Both the position numbers and the translations under genes were made by a program. 64,000 nucleotides of DNA from Macrostomum hystrix. Taxonomy: Eukaryota; Animalia; Platyhelminthes. The notes below the pieces were generated by a model. That model was not told where the DNA came from. It did no database searches and saw only the letters and a list, made by a program, of their open reading frames with translations. Below, piece by piece: positions 62,494 to 64,000 of this stretch. The stretch lies in the NCBI GenBank assembly GCA_950097015.1, contig CATNEN010000005.1, positions 1,364,001-1,428,000 of the forward strand. Direction: 5' to 3'. The stretch's first letter is position 1. Each line of letters begins with the position of its first letter.

Positions 62494-62673
62494 GGGTTGC
62501 AGCCTAGTGGTTAGAGCGTCTTTAAGGTCGGAGGTTCGATTCCCGAATCCACTGGTTACAATTTGTTTCCCTTATCAAGACTAATTAATCTGTATTGATT
62601 CAGTTCACGCAGCTGTTAAATGAGGGTGGGTGTGGCGTGCCCCCAGTCCATGGACTGACAGCCGTACGCAGAC
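62494..62673 (+). mobile_element. tRNA-derived SINE copy 3
   Basis: GCAGCCTAGTGGTTAGAGCG, GGTTCGATTCCC, TTCAGTTCACGCAGCTGTTAAATG and CAGTCCATGGACTG, collinear with copies 1 and 2. Confidence 0.75.
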
Positions 62674-63431
62674 ATTGCATGTGTCACTTAGTAATTTAAT
62701 AGAGATAATAAAAAAAGTAAACTTTGAAACTTCTAGCTCGTAAACTAGAAAAGATAATTAATCTATGAGTGGTTGCTTTGACAACATATAATTGTGCAGA
62801 ATACGTTCTAAATCTCCTCCTGTAGCAGTTGATTGAACACATATATGGCTAGTTGCTGAGGTCATATCATGCTTTATTAGAACACGCACATCGTGTGTGC
62901 TTAGTAGTTATAAAGTTTGGATAAATCTCTAATTAACTATCTATAGTATATTCGGCTGCTACCTGGTTAATGTTATACATTATGTGTTCATTTTTTCTGA
63001 CGTATTGGTGATCCTGTGTGTACTACAAGTGTGGTCAAGTGTCCATATGCACACAGATAGACACACACACACGCACACACACACACTTAGCAGGACTAAA
63101 TACGAGTACTAACACTGAGTTAGCTCATCGGGACCAAAGTTCTTATTGGGTGCAACACTGCTTTGCTAAATGCTCATTATCACTCATGCATGCTTCATTA
63201 ATGATAGAGAACTTCTATAATAATACAGCTCCTGATGAGAAACATTATTAGATTTGATCGGCCAATTCACTTACAAAGACAAAGTTGAAAGTGAATTTTA
63301 ACACGAATTTCGTTTGATGCAGGGGTCTAAAACTATCATGAAAGATTTTCGGGTTAAAATTTGGATTTTTATGCAAAATTTGGCAAATCAAGAGACTAAT
63401 GAATTGCAATGTGCGGACAACTGAAATAAGC

Positions 63432-64000
63432 GATGGGATAGGGATGATGGGATGGGATAGGGTAATAGGACGGGATAGGGGTGATGGGATGGAATAGGGG
63501 TGATGGGATGGGATAGGGGTGATGGGATGGGATAGGGTAATAGGACGGGATAGGGGTGATGGGATGGAATAGGGGTGATGGGATGGGATAGGGGTGATGG
63601 GATTGGATAGGGGTGATGGGATGGGATAGGGGTGATGGGATGGAATAGGGGTGATGGTATGGGATAGGGGTGATGGGATGGGATAGGGGTGATGGGATGG
63701 GGTAGGAATGATGGGATGGGTAGGGGTGATGGGATGGGATAGGGGTGATGGGATGGGGTAGGGGTGATGGTATGGGATAGGGGTGATGGGATGGAATAGG
63801 GGTGATGGGATGGGATAGGGGTGATGGGATGGGATAGAAGTGATGGGATGGGATTGAGGTGATGGGATGGGATAGGGGTGATGGGTTGGGATAGGGGTGA
63901 TGGGATGGGATTGAGGTAATGGGATGGGATAGGTGTGATGGGTTGGGATAGGGGTGATGGGATGGGATTGAGGTAATGGGATGTGATAGGGGTGATGGGT
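63432..64000. repeat. 20-bp G-rich minisatellite (GGGGTGATGGGATGGGATA-type)
   Basis: Runs to the end of the window. Confidence 0.93.

Noticed and set aside
9560-64000. CRISPR-like arrays
   Set aside because: Repeats are contiguous without unique spacers, there are no cas genes, and the context is eukaryotic.

Overview
Intron-rich animal (invertebrate) genomic DNA, not prokaryotic. A free-living flatworm such as Macrostomum is an inference from the YxRFamide peptide and the minisatellite-packed introns. Five host genes could be modelled by hand from GT-AG junctions and reading phase. (1) The 3' part of the ASCC3 helicase gene (+, 1-9429). (2) An Lhx3/4-type LIM-homeobox gene (+, 12087-21167, 6 exons). 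(3) An orphan polyQ/Arg-Ser-rich gene (+, 28840-35984, 8 exons). (4) A complete rabphilin gene (-, 57109-39323, 12 exons), whose N-terminal exons are absent from the ORF track, with an apparent alternative first exon that would give a Doc2-like, Cys-triplet isoform. (5) A two-exon neuropeptide precursor (+, 59098-59724) encoding 12 copies of GYARFamide, missed by the ORF track and lying head-to-head with rabphilin. Mobile DNA comprises a Ty3/gypsy LTR retrotransposon antisense in ASCC3 intron 2 (identical LTR cores, iMet PBS, GGGAAAC plus hairpin -1 frameshift signal, several lesions), an in-frame internally deleted mariner with perfect 113-bp TIRs, and three copies of a tRNA-derived SINE. About half of the window is roughly 30 different minisatellite arrays, and nearly every long intron carries its own. 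All coordinates were read by eye, repeat boundaries are approximate, and no database searches were run.
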